Virus record (IMG/VR): IMGVR_UViG_3300042349_000834
Coordinates: 57,267 to 77,266 of that record
DNA from: an uncultured virus (IMG/VR IMGVR_UViG_3300042349_000834)
Lineage: Duplodnaviria; Heunggongvirae; Uroviricota; Caudoviricetes
Direction: 5' to 3' (one strand)
Length of the DNA: 20,000 bases
Numbering within the stretch: the first letter of the stretch is position 1; each line of letters opens with the position of its first letter. Below are positions 8,644 to 17,513 of the stretch, one piece after another. A model generated the notes under the pieces. It worked only from the letters and a program-made list of their open reading frames with translations. It did no database searches and was not told the DNA's origin. A program made the position numbers and the translations under genes.

Positions 8644-9575
8644 AATATTGGATTTACAATCCCATAACCTTGATATTTTTTTATTCCTTTATATCTAGGA
8701 TTTTCTAAAGAAATAGCATGTAGTTTAAATACTTCTATATAGTCTTCAAATGTTTTAAGCTGATATTTTTTATGCTTATTATTATAGCTTAATAGTAATG
8801 AAGCACAACCGACGACAAATGGATTGCTCATGCTTGTTCCGCTCATACTAGCATATCTATTTCCTGGAACACATCCAATAATATTGTGACCAGGAGCCAA
8901 AAAGTCTAAATCATCTCCACTACAGGTAAATGAAGTTCTATTCATATTTTCGTCTATTGCTCCTATAGATATAGTATTTTTATATCTAGCTGGATACATT
9001 ATTTCGGCATTTTCTCCGCTATTTCCAGCAGCGCAAAAAACAACACATCCCTTACTATTAGCATAAGTGATAGCATCCTCTATAACCTTCGCCGGTGCTG
9101 GTGAACCAAGACTCATAGTTATAAAATCTACATCTCCGTGGTTTGCAGCCCAGTAAATTCCGTCTGCAACTGTGTTCATTGATCCTGAACCATCGTCTCC
9201 AAGTGATTTAACCGGAATAATTTTAGTCATAGGAGCAACTCCAACCATGCCAAAACCATTATCTGACGCAGCTATAGTAGAAGAAACATGCGTTCCGTGA
9301 CCAGCACCATCTATTGGTTCTTTATTTTGATTAATAAAATTTTTCCCAGGTAATAAATTATCTACTAAGTCTTTATGGGTTAGGTCACATCCTGTGTCTA
9401 TAACAGCTACGACTACTCCTTCTCCTTTAGACTCTTTCCATAGATTAGGCACATTAAATTTTGTAAGTTCCCATCCCTTAAATTGTGGATCATTCACAGA
9501 TAGTCCATACACATCCTCTCTAACATATGGTAACAGTGAAATATTATTTTTCTTTTTTAAAAAACCTCTAGCCAT
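8640..9575 (-). CDS. Subtilisin-family (S8) serine protease
   Basis: Catalytic triad motifs VAVIDTG, HGTHV and SGTSMS, plus oxyanion AAGN. No signal peptide. SD AAGGAG. Confidence 0.95.
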   Translation of the reverse strand: MARGFLKKKNNISLLPYVREDVYGLSVNDPQFKGWELTKFNVPNLWKESKGEGVVVAVIDTGCDLTHKDLVDNLLPGKNFINQNKEPIDGAGHGTHVSSTIAASDNGFGMVGVAPMTKIIPVKSLGDDGSGSMNTVADGIYWAANHGDVDFITMSLGSPAPAKVIEDAITYANSKGCVVFCAAGNSGENAEIMYPARYKNTISIGAIDENMNRTSFTCSGDDLDFLAPGHNIIGCVPGNRYASMSGTSMSNPFVVGCASLLLSYNNKHKKYQLKTFEDYIEVFKLHAISLENPRYKGIKKYQGYGIVNPIF

Positions 9576-9577
9576 GA

Positions 9578-10327
9578 TTACTCCTTAGCTTGTTTTAGTG
9601 TTTTTTTTATCCAATCGTGGAATAAACTTACCCTAGTATGACAACTTTCGTCTGTATATGTTGAGTTTGGCTTCCCGTCATAGCCTATAACAGACGAGTG
9701 GATTCCGGCAAGTTTGTTGCCTATGAACAAACCCCCGCCACTATCCCCACTACCTATAAGATATTCTAGTTCTGTCATTTTCTCGTTTCTTCTCGATGGC
9801 GAGCAGATTAAAATCTTTCTTTCTGTTCTATCTATAAAATTAGATCCAGCTCTTTTTTTTCCATCTGCTCTTTCAATACCAGTATTAAATGTTCCAGTAA
9901 ATCCCAAACCGGCCATAGAGCATACTTTACCTACCTCATCTGAATCAATATATAATTCAGGATAATGGTCTAATTTAATTTCTTTTTCTATATAACCTAA
10001 AGCAATATCATTATAACCAAATACTTCTGTTTTATAATCTTCGTGAATAATAACTTTATCAATCTTGTATTGTTCTTCACCCACTGTAACTGACCAACTA
10101 TGGCAATTTTCTACCACATGAGCAGCTGTAATTATCCAATGTGGATCTATTATAACAGCAGATCCACAAGACAGTCCTTTGCCGTCAAAACAACATAGTT
10201 TAACAACACTATGAAATTTAGACCCATATTCTACATACCTTGAGTCTGGAGTATTAGGATCTATGGTTCCAGAATAAGCTGCAGAACCTATCAAAAATAC
10301 TACTAAAGCTAGTAAAAATTGACGCAT
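9578..10327 (-). CDS. Trypsin-like (S1) serine protease with signal peptide
   Basis: TAAHV, DIAL and GDSGG triad motifs. Hydrophobic N-terminus MRQFLLALVVFLIGSAAYS. Confidence 0.93.
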   Translation of the reverse strand: MRQFLLALVVFLIGSAAYSGTIDPNTPDSRYVEYGSKFHSVVKLCCFDGKGLSCGSAVIIDPHWIITAAHVVENCHSWSVTVGEEQYKIDKVIIHEDYKTEVFGYNDIALGYIEKEIKLDHYPELYIDSDEVGKVCSMAGLGFTGTFNTGIERADGKKRAGSNFIDRTERKILICSPSRRNEKMTELEYLIGSGDSGGGLFIGNKLAGIHSSVIGYDGKPNSTYTDESCHTRVSLFHDWIKKTLKQAKE

Positions 10328-10640
10328 GGTTTTGCACTTTGGGAGAATAGGGACGATTCTTAACCTTATTTAAATACACCGAGCAATCATTAATCACGTC
10401 AACATTCCAACTACTATAATCCATTAAATGGCCAAAAACAAAATGACAATCAGAACACAAAGTAATAAGATTAGTTAAATCCAACTCTCTGCTTGGATTG
10501 ACATGAAAAGGCTCTATATGATGTACCTGAATTTTTTTGCATGAACCGCAAGCCATGCAGCAGGGTTGTGATAGTAGGTGTTTTTTTCTTATTAATGACC
10601 ATTTAGGAGATCTGTCGGATAAAATATTCCACATTTTCAC
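10254..10640 (-). CDS. Small HNH endonuclease
   Basis: CMACG...VHHI...NLITLCSDCH zinc-bound HNH pattern. The 3' end overlaps the protease gene by 74 bp. Start is GTG 10640 or ATG 10634. Confidence 0.85.
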   Translation of the reverse strand: MKMWNILSDRSPKWSLIRKKHLLSQPCCMACGSCKKIQVHHIEPFHVNPSRELDLTNLITLCSDCHFVFGHLMDYSSWNVDVINDCSVYLNKVKNRPYSPKVQNHASIFTSFSSIFDRFCSLFWNHRS

Positions 10641-10644
10641 TATA

Positions 10645-11217
10645 TTATCCGCTTATTTCCATATAAATACAGTAATTCCCAACATTATCAAACCATGTTC
10701 CACTATCCCATATTCCACAATATACATATCCAGAGGATGGGGCAACTATATTTCCTCCCAATCCTATATAAAATGATCCAGTAGTAGTAAACGGTATTGA
10801 AGAAGCATCTGTTGTTGATAAAACGCCAAATACTGCATTATAATTGTTTATAAAAACATTAGGAGTACTATAAATGCCACGAGCATCACTAATACAAGCA
10901 CCAACAGCACAAGAAACACACCCTCTAACAGAGAAACTTATAGTCTGACCCGCTGTCACAAACTGCTGACCAATTCTTTTAAGTGTTGCTCCATCGGAAT
11001 AAACTAATGATGTTTCAATGGGTAGGCACGTAATACTTTCGGCACTTATACACATTCTGGTTGGCGTGGGTGTGATTGTTGGTGTGGGTGTAGGGGTATT
11101 AGTTTTTGTTATTGTGGGTGTTAGACTTACTGTTGGAGTTATTGTTGGTGCTGGTGTGCTGCTACTCAGGGGTTTTTGAGTAGCTACTGGACAGCAATTT
11201 ATATTAATAATTGTCAT
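10645..11217 (-). CDS. Thr/Pro-rich stalk plus C-terminal lectin-like beta-sandwich (LecA/PA-IL-like)
   Basis: N-terminal INCCPV.TQKPLSS, about 35 aa of TP repeats, then GQTISFSVRG...FYIG....VAPSSGYVY.GIWD....DNVGNY, which resembles PA-IL-like domains. Confidence 0.6.
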   Translation of the reverse strand: MTIININCCPVATQKPLSSSTPAPTITPTVSLTPTITKTNTPTPTPTITPTPTRMCISAESITCLPIETSLVYSDGATLKRIGQQFVTAGQTISFSVRGCVSCAVGACISDARGIYSTPNVFINNYNAVFGVLSTTDASSIPFTTTGSFYIGLGGNIVAPSSGYVYCGIWDSGTWFDNVGNYCIYMEISG

Positions 11218-11804
11218 ATTTTATAACCACTTACTCTTGAGATCATAGGTCCAAAACATCCACCCGGAGATATTGATTCAAATTTTAGTAATGTACTATT
11301 AGAATTAGCAGTAAAAGTCTCAGAAATAGTATTCCAGCCAAAAGTTTCTGCTGAAACTTGAAACCCATAACTTGGACACGTATAAGTATATGTTTTATTA
11401 AGTATTATATTAGTACCAGTTAGCGTTAATTTCATAACTTTATCAGCAACATTATTATCAAAACGCACCCCACAATTTCCGCTTAGATCAAAATAAATTA
11501 CATAATTTTGTCCAGGTATTGTTGTAATAGTTTGACTGATATATCCAATCCCACAAGCGTTTAAGTCTACAAAATATCTATCAAAACCATAATAATTATA
11601 ATCTACAGAACTAAAAGTCCAATTACTAAGGGAATTTTCTAATGATCCGTTTATCACTATGTTAACAGGTTCTGCGCTTGGCGTAGGCGTTATTGTTTGT
11701 GTAGGAGTAGGGGTATTGGTTTTTGTTATCGTGGGAGTAGGAGTAACACTACTTAATGGTTTTTGAGTAGACACTGGACAGCAATTAATACTTATGATGC
11801 TCAT
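11214..11804 (-). CDS. Thr/Pro-rich stalk plus DUF642/galactose-binding-like carbohydrate-binding domain
   Basis: Same N-terminal motif and TP repeats, then NIVINGSLE...VDLN...[13 protein letters not shown]...FDLSGN...W...TFTA....T.L.FES...FGP, typical of DUF642-like domains. Confidence 0.7.
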   Translation of the reverse strand: MSIISINCCPVSTQKPLSSVTPTPTITKTNTPTPTQTITPTPSAEPVNIVINGSLENSLSNWTFSSVDYNYYGFDRYFVDLNACGIGYISQTITTIPGQNYVIYFDLSGNCGVRFDNNVADKVMKLTLTGTNIILNKTYTYTCPSYGFQVSAETFGWNTISETFTANSNSTLLKFESISPGGCFGPMISRVSGYKI

Positions 11805-13873
11805 GGGATATAGTTAATTTCTCTTTGGGCTATAAAATAGTAGGTGGGTTCTGGTGTAGGTTGAGGCGTAGAACTTGGTGGTGGTGTAGAGCTTGGGGTT
11901 GCTGCCGGTGTGCTGCTAGATGTTGGTTCTGGAGTTTGAGTCGGAGTAATACTTGGAGTTGTTGTTATTGTCGGCGTTACGGTAGCAGTTGGTGTTGGGG
12001 TTGGAGTTACGCAGCATGATTCAAAGCAATACGTTCCAGGAAATGATACCCAAGAACTTGGAATATTAGATGGCGAAACAGATGTAGAATCAAAATATGC
12101 ATCTTGACAATTTGTAAAATGCATAGCCCTAATTCTAAAAGTTAGAGGCTGATCCGCACTTGTGCAAGTACCGTCTCCACTTTTATTCTCAAAACTATTT
12201 AGATAATACTGATAAGATGAAGCGTTAGGATTAAATATGCAGATATTATCTACTATATCATCAACCGATCCGCTTTGACCATTTGCGTCCAGTGCTTGTA
12301 TCTGATACCCCTCTATACAGCCTTGACTACCTGGTTCAGTATTTCTGTTCCATGTTAAATATATAATTACTTGGTTAGGGCTTTCAGTACCATCCTTTAT
12401 ACATGAACAGGCAGCACTTTGAATACTAGGAGTTAATAACTGACAATTATTTGTTGGCGTTGGGGTCGGACTTTGGCTAGGCGGTGGAGTACAACAATTA
12501 CAATTACTTGTATTTCCCTCAAATGCCCATACTGGAGGAACATTACATTGACAGGCAGTAGATATTCCAGTTATATTTAATCCTCCAACACAAGAAATAT
12601 TAGCACTTGCTGTCCATTTATTAGCACATGAACTAGAACCAGTATATGCTACACTAGGATCACAAGTAACTGACATAAAGTATGTATCGCCACAAGCCAA
12701 TGTGCCGCTACTAGTCCAATAATTTGGCATGACTTTAGTAAATAACAAATCTAGACTTATAGTTCTGGTTATATTGTTACAATTTAATACAAATGTAGTC
12801 AAACCATTCCAGTCGCAGCAAGTAGCTCTACTTGGAGATGGCGTTAATGTCTGAGATGCTGTTAATGAAGGCGTTGGAGTTAGCGTTCTGGTGACTGTTT
12901 GGGTTGGTGTTCTTGTTGGAGTAGGAGTGCAACAACTGCAATTATCAAAATTGCCAACAAAACTCCAAATAGGAGGAGCGTTACATTGACAGGCTTCTTT
13001 TATTCCAGTAATTATTAGACCAGTAACACAGGATATGGTTAATGAAGAAGTCCATTTATTTATACATGAACCTGATCCTGTGTATCTAGCATTTGGATCA
13101 CATGTTATCGTAGAACTAAAAGTATCTCCACATGATAAACTTCCACTAGCTTGCCATGTATTTGCTGCTGTTTTTGTATAGGCTACTGGAATGACTAAAT
13201 TGCCACAAGAAGCATCAAACTGTAAGAATGTATTACCGTCCCACTCACAACATGTAACAGTAGATGGGCTTGGAGTATTTGTCGGAGTAGCAGTAATTGT
13301 GATAGAAGGAGTAATAGAGGGTGTTACTGTAGCAGTAGCAGATCTTGTGATAGTAACTGTTGGGGTTTGGCTTACTGTAATACTTGGTGTTTGCGTTGGT
13401 GTTTGCGTAGGTGTTGGTGTCTGTGTATTGGTCTGAGTAATACTAGGAGTTAGTGTAGGGGTCGATGTAGCTGTTCGACTATTAGTGGGGGTTGCAGTTG
13501 GTGTTCTTGTATTAGTAGGGGTGTTTGTTCTAGTTGTTGTTATGCTTGGAGTTACGGTAGGGGTTACTGTTCTTGTTAGTGTTCTAGTTGGTGTTCTTGT
13601 TGGGGTAACTGTTCTAGTTACAGTAATGCTTGGAGTTATTGTAGGGGTAAGTGTTGGTGTCGGTGTTGGCGTTTTTTTAGGGGTTCTAGTTGGTGTTGGA
13701 GTTTTAGTAGGTGTCTTAGTAGGCGTTTTACTAAGGGAATTTCTATCTATAAAAGGACACCCATCATCCGACCCTATCCTTGGAGGTTTTGGAGTTTCTG
13801 TTGGTGTTCTGGTTGGTGTTGGAGATGGCGGAAGTATTTTCCGCTCATTTTGTCCGTTCATTCTGTTTGTCAT
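11801..13873 (-). CDS. 690-aa mucin-like protein: Thr/Pro/Ser tracts, two 12-Cys repeats and an FN3-like domain (putative virion fibre or decoration protein)
   Basis: About 190 aa of N-terminal TP/TR repeats; duplicated Cys-rich module (aa 207-315 and 351-461); LTW...GYQI...TFRIRA FN3-like segment; C-terminal TP tract; no signal peptide. Confidence 0.8.
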   Translation of the reverse strand: MTNRMNGQNERKILPPSPTPTRTPTETPKPPRIGSDDGCPFIDRNSLSKTPTKTPTKTPTPTRTPKKTPTPTPTLTPTITPSITVTRTVTPTRTPTRTLTRTVTPTVTPSITTTRTNTPTNTRTPTATPTNSRTATSTPTLTPSITQTNTQTPTPTQTPTQTPSITVSQTPTVTITRSATATVTPSITPSITITATPTNTPSPSTVTCCEWDGNTFLQFDASCGNLVIPVAYTKTAANTWQASGSLSCGDTFSSTITCDPNARYTGSGSCINKWTSSLTISCVTGLIITGIKEACQCNAPPIWSFVGNFDNCSCCTPTPTRTPTQTVTRTLTPTPSLTASQTLTPSPSRATCCDWNGLTTFVLNCNNITRTISLDLLFTKVMPNYWTSSGTLACGDTYFMSVTCDPSVAYTGSSSCANKWTASANISCVGGLNITGISTACQCNVPPVWAFEGNTSNCNCCTPPPSQSPTPTPTNNCQLLTPSIQSAACSCIKDGTESPNQVIIYLTWNRNTEPGSQGCIEGYQIQALDANGQSGSVDDIVDNICIFNPNASSYQYYLNSFENKSGDGTCTSADQPLTFRIRAMHFTNCQDAYFDSTSVSPSNIPSSWVSFPGTYCFESCCVTPTPTPTATVTPTITTTPSITPTQTPEPTSSSTPAATPSSTPPPSSTPQPTPEPTYYFIAQREINYIP
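12491..13255 (-). repeat. Intragenic duplication of a ~110-aa Cys-rich module (copies at 12929-13255 and 12491-12823)
   Basis: Both copies share TCCxWxG...W..SG.L.CGDT.....TCDP...YTGS.SC.NKWT....ISCV.GL.ITGI..ACQCN.PP.W.F.GN..NC.CC. Confidence 0.9.
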
Positions 13874-13876
13874 TTA

Positions 13877-14878
13877 TTACAATACTTTCGCAGCTATTAA
13901 ACATCCTTTTGACACTGAATGTAACGGATCGGCGGCATGCTTAACTTCTTTAATAGACAAAGGAAAATTATTTTCTGATAGTTTTTTCTTAAAATGTTCA
14001 ATATAACCACCAGCTTGTGATGTTCCACCAGCAATGACTATTGTTAGTGGGTCTTTAAACTTTGGTAAAGCTTTATGATCTGTTAGTGCTGCTGTTAATT
14101 GTTTAGTAGTATAATCTATTAAACGATCATAATATGACGATACAGCTGCTAATATAGGATTATCATTATGCTGACCAACATTAAAATTTCCACCCTCTTT
14201 CTCAGCCTGTACGACACTATCCGGTTCCCCTGTGGCTACGGCGCTCATTCTATCTACCCAATCCCCAGATTTAGTTGTGGAAAATACAACAGTGGGTTCA
14301 CCATTTAGCATTACACAAACATTAGTCATACCAGCACCACAGCTAATAGCTATACCAGTATAATCATTATCCGCTAACTCAGCATAGCATAAAGCTTCAG
14401 CTTCATTAATTGATCTAGCGTTATATCCACAGCTATCTAAAATAGTTTTGACTACATCTTCATGATATCCAACATCAAAATCTTCATCTTCTTGGTCTAC
14501 TGGTTGAGCAGGAACACAAAAAACGATCTTTTCAAGGGGCTCCGAAGATTGCCCGACTACTTCCTTTAATATAAAAGCTAAGACTCTTTTCGCATCTTTC
14601 TCTTTTGCAGAAACAACTCCTTTGTACATTGGTCTTTTAGCGGTGTCGTTTCTCTCAATAGCTTTTTCAATAGCATCTTGTCCGAGGATAATAAAAGAAC
14701 CGTCTGTATCTTTAATAAAGACTTTTCCAGCCAATCCCTTTTCTATCATCTTTGTTGCTACTGGAGTAGATGGCTTGATGATATAAAAGGCATCTCTAAA
14801 GTCTTTGTATTGTACTTTATCTCCTTTGTCCTCAGATAAAACAATATAGCTTGTTCCTACGTCAAGACCCCTAGCCAT
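13877..14878 (-). CDS. Actin-fold ATPase (MreB/MamK-like superfamily)
   Basis: Phosphate-1 GLDVGTS, connect-1 INEAEA, phosphate-2 ISCGAGMTNV and adenosine IVIAGGTS motifs. SD GAGGTGA. Confidence 0.85.
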   Translation of the reverse strand: MARGLDVGTSYIVLSEDKGDKVQYKDFRDAFYIIKPSTPVATKMIEKGLAGKVFIKDTDGSFIILGQDAIEKAIERNDTAKRPMYKGVVSAKEKDAKRVLAFILKEVVGQSSEPLEKIVFCVPAQPVDQEDEDFDVGYHEDVVKTILDSCGYNARSINEAEALCYAELADNDYTGIAISCGAGMTNVCVMLNGEPTVVFSTTKSGDWVDRMSAVATGEPDSVVQAEKEGGNFNVGQHNDNPILAAVSSYYDRLIDYTTKQLTAALTDHKALPKFKDPLTIVIAGGTSQAGGYIEHFKKKLSENNFPLSIKEVKHAADPLHSVSKGCLIAAKVL

Positions 14879-14881
14879 AAT

Positions 14882-15193
14882 TCACCTCTTTAAATTTTGT
14901 AGTTTATTAACAGACTCGGAAATATTCTCGTTTGACAATCTTGTATTTCCTAATTCGTTATATTTTTTCTCCATCCCATCAACACTTATATCTGTAACAA
15001 ATTTTCTGTCATCTATAATAATCTTATTTTGACTTTTTTCATTATTATTATATTGTTTGTTTCTTTTTGATATTGGTTTTTCAATCATTGTATAACTACT
15101 ATTGTTTAATCTTCCTATAATATAACCAATTCCAAAAGAGACAAAATTAAAAAGTACCAATATTATACTTAACAGAGATGCAGTATCTATCAT
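14882..15193 (-). CDS. Small single-pass membrane protein
   Basis: Hydrophobic N-terminus (LLSIILVLFNFVSFGIGYIIG) and basic soluble tail. Strong SD TAAGGAGG at 15202-15209. Confidence 0.75.
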   Translation of the reverse strand: MIDTASLLSIILVLFNFVSFGIGYIIGRLNNSSYTMIEKPISKRNKQYNNNEKSQNKIIIDDRKFVTDISVDGMEKKYNELGNTRLSNENISESVNKLQNLKR

Positions 15194-15229
15194 GTGGATA
15201 GCCTCCTTACCAAATTTACACCATACTAT

Positions 15230-15260
15230 AAAAGAAAAAAGGAGCGATTGCTCGCTCCTT
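15230..15260 (-). terminator. Rho-independent terminator downstream of ruvB
   Basis: Minus strand reads AAGGAGCGA-GCAA-TCGCTCC-TTTTTTCTTTT: a perfect GC-rich stem, a GNRA tetraloop and a U tract. Confidence 0.85.
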
Positions 15261-15298
15261 AATTTTAAAAATGGGGTTGTAATCGGCCCGTAGTTTTC

Positions 15299-16189
15299 CT
15301 ATATCGTACCCATGACTCTGCCCTTTTGGGTACGAACAACATAACCCTTACGAACCAAAAACGGCTCAATACTATTCTCGATAGTATCTAAAGCTATTCC
15401 AGTCATTGCTGATATAGACTTAAGACCCAAAGGATTACCCTTGCTTCGTCTCAAAGCATCAATATAAAGCCTATCATACAGATCCAAACCCTTACTATCT
15501 ATACCCTGAGTAGAAAAAATGGTATCAATTGTACATGGATCGGTATGGCATATCTTGTAGTTTTTATACCATAATAGTCTAGCATTAAGAATTCTCGGAG
15601 TACCCTTGCTTCTTTTTGCTATCTCAACCAAATCTTCATCAGAGATTTCTAGATCTAATTTAGCAGAGTTCAATCTTGCTACTTTAGCTAGATCATCATC
15701 CGTATAGAAAGAAAGATGTTCTTTGATTGTAAACCTGTCATAAAATGGCTGACTTAAACTTCCCCCACTAGTAGTCGCTCCGATAAGAGTAAACATTGGA
15801 AGATCAATAGTTTCTGGAGCATCTTCTGATGATATACTAAGTACAAAATCTTCCATGATAGGATACAAAAACTCCTCTACTGTTTTGGGCAACCTGTGTA
15901 TTTCGTCAATAAACAACACAGACCTAGCAGAGATTCCCATAATATATGGCAAAAGATTTTTTATGCTACGAATATTAGCAGCATTGAGAGTATAAAGACT
16001 GACCCCCATTTCGTTTGCTATAGCACTCGCTATGGTAGTCTTGCCAAGCCCAGGAGGGCCGTCTATTAAAACATGAGGCAGCACACTGCTAGACATTTTA
16101 CAGCCCATAGCAGAGATGCGTAGACGCTCAATAACGTCGCCCTGACCAATGATTTCATCAAAACTCTTCGGCCTTGTAACATTTGCCAT
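15299..16189 (-). CDS. ruvB: Holliday junction branch migration ATPase RuvB
   Basis: RPKSFDEIIGQ, Walker A GPPGLGKTT, Walker B LFIDEIHRL, FTLIGATT, KGTPRI, IEPFL and RTQKGR. Confidence 0.95.
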   Translation of the reverse strand: MANVTRPKSFDEIIGQGDVIERLRISAMGCKMSSSVLPHVLIDGPPGLGKTTIASAIANEMGVSLYTLNAANIRSIKNLLPYIMGISARSVLFIDEIHRLPKTVEEFLYPIMEDFVLSISSEDAPETIDLPMFTLIGATTSGGSLSQPFYDRFTIKEHLSFYTDDDLAKVARLNSAKLDLEISDEDLVEIAKRSKGTPRILNARLLWYKNYKICHTDPCTIDTIFSTQGIDSKGLDLYDRLYIDALRRSKGNPLGLKSISAMTGIALDTIENSIEPFLVRKGYVVRTQKGRVMGTI

Positions 16190-16192
16190 AAT

Positions 16193-16609
16193 TCACATTC
16201 CTCCAAAAATTTTCAGAGCATCCTTCACTAACAATAAAGGATTATTCTGATTAGTAAGATCGTATACTTTATTTACCAAATCTACAGCTTCTTTGTTAGA
16301 AAAACCATAGTTTTCCAAAATTTTATATGCTTTTTTAAGATACTCAGGCTCCTCTTTCGTAACTATTTCAGATGACTTATTAGATTCTGTTCTAGGTTTT
16401 GTGGTCTTTTTTGAGAATTGTGTTTTTATATTTGCTATCTGGCGTATCTTATAAACATTCCCGCAATCACATACAAGTTTAAAACCCTTCACTTGAACTT
16501 GATTCAAAAATAGCCAATGTTCTGATTCGCACTCTGTATTTGTGCATTTATATTTAAACTGAGCATCTAGACTAATCGGTTTCAGGCTTTTGGTTTGATT
16601 TTGTATCAT
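16193..16609 (-). CDS. Zn-ribbon plus RuvA C-terminal-domain-like fusion protein
   Basis: C22-x4-C27...C47-x-C49, then a charged linker, then KAYKILENYGFSNKEA..LV.KV.......LLVKDALK, matching the RuvA domain III pattern (A..AL..LGY...EA...V........LIR.AL). Directly upstream of ruvB. Confidence 0.65.
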   Translation of the reverse strand: MIQNQTKSLKPISLDAQFKYKCTNTECESEHWLFLNQVQVKGFKLVCDCGNVYKIRQIANIKTQFSKKTTKPRTESNKSSEIVTKEEPEYLKKAYKILENYGFSNKEAVDLVNKVYDLTNQNNPLLLVKDALKIFGGM

Positions 16610-17009
16610 CTTCTTCTTTCACCCAAAAAATAAAATCGTTTTGATCACTATCGTACGCACTATCAAGAATTCCTTTATTAACCAAGGAATTTAATATATT
16701 ACTAATCATTCTATTATTCAGATCTTCTATAATAGTTTGAAGAAGTTTATCAGTTAAACAATATCTTACTTCTTTTGTTTTTTTATTTATCTGTTTCTTT
16801 GCGTGGTTTTTAATTATAATAGCAGATTCATCATGGGTTAGTGTCTCATTCATCTCCTCTATTTCTTGTTTGCTCATTTCAGATATGGATGCCACCATAG
16901 AATCGTGTTCTACTTCTTTTATAGCTCCAAAAAATTTAAAAACTAATGATCTTGAATGGTCAACAAAGTCATCAAAATCATTTATAAAAAACCATTGTTC
17001 ATTTTTCAT
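16572..17009 (-). CDS. Hypothetical protein
   Basis: Start moved to ATG 17009 (ATGA overlap with the upstream stop). The C-terminal ILNSLVNKGILDSAYD segment may be winged-helix-like. Confidence 0.7.
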   Translation of the reverse strand: MKNEQWFFINDFDDFVDHSRSLVFKFFGAIKEVEHDSMVASISEMSKQEIEEMNETLTHDESAIIIKNHAKKQINKKTKEVRYCLTDKLLQTIIEDLNNRMISNILNSLVNKGILDSAYDSDQNDFIFWVKEEDDTKSNQKPETD

Positions 17010-17245
17010 TGAACTAGGGTTACTCCTTCGTACTTTGGAATCTCTGTCCACATCAGTTTAGCAGAGAACTCTGGTTTGTACACTGTGACCACCCTATCTG
17101 TTTTTTTATCTTTTTCCACAATTGCTTCTACTATTACTCTATCTTCATTAAGTCTTTTTTCTATCTCTCTAATAGAGTCAGACATACTATCGAATGTTTT
17201 ATTGTATTCTGGTCTATTAAATAGTGTTTTAAAATATGTGGTCAT
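17006..17245 (-). CDS. Hypothetical protein
   Basis: 79-aa ORF tightly packed between its neighbours. Confidence 0.65.
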   Translation of the reverse strand: MTTYFKTLFNRPEYNKTFDSMSDSIREIEKRLNEDRVIVEAIVEKDKKTDRVVTVYKPEFSAKLMWTEIPKYEGVTLVQ

Positions 17246-17247
17246 AA

Positions 17248-17499
17248 TTATTTATCTTTGAGTTCTGTTTGACAGTTATTGTGTTTGTCTACAAATGTTC
17301 TTTCAAATCCCAATTCTGCTAGTATGGGCATTTCGTAAAAGGTAATAGTAAATCTTACATTACCGGCATCATCTGTCATTTTTGTCCACTCAATTCTTTT
17401 TGCTTGGCTCATGTTGGTTGCAAGATCGTATGCTATTAACGGAGTTTCTGTCAAAGAACCAAAAGCCATCGCTAAATATAAAAATAATGCTGGTAACAT
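17248..17499 (-). CDS. Hypothetical protein with hydrophobic N-terminus
   Basis: MLPALFLYLAMAFGS is signal- or anchor-like; tight gene packing. Confidence 0.6.
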   Translation of the reverse strand: MLPALFLYLAMAFGSLTETPLIAYDLATNMSQAKRIEWTKMTDDAGNVRFTITFYEMPILAELGFERTFVDKHNNCQTELKDK

Positions 17500-17513
17500 A
17501 ACATCCGTGTCTT

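Noticed and set aside
13260..13830. Short GTTGGTGT-like repeats as a possible CRISPR array or DNA-level tandem repeat
   Set aside because: No constant repeat with unique spacers. Third codon positions vary, so the repetition is at protein level.
10645..13873. Diversity-generating retroelement acting on the lectin-like tips
   Set aside because: No reverse transcriptase in the window, and I saw no template/variable repeat pair differing only at adenines.
13191..14006. Val/Gly-rich plus-strand ORFs (13191-13436, 13485-14006), also 11825-12019
   Set aside because: Antisense reading of Thr/Pro codons (ACN/CCN) gives stop-poor Val/Gly frames; these are not independent genes.
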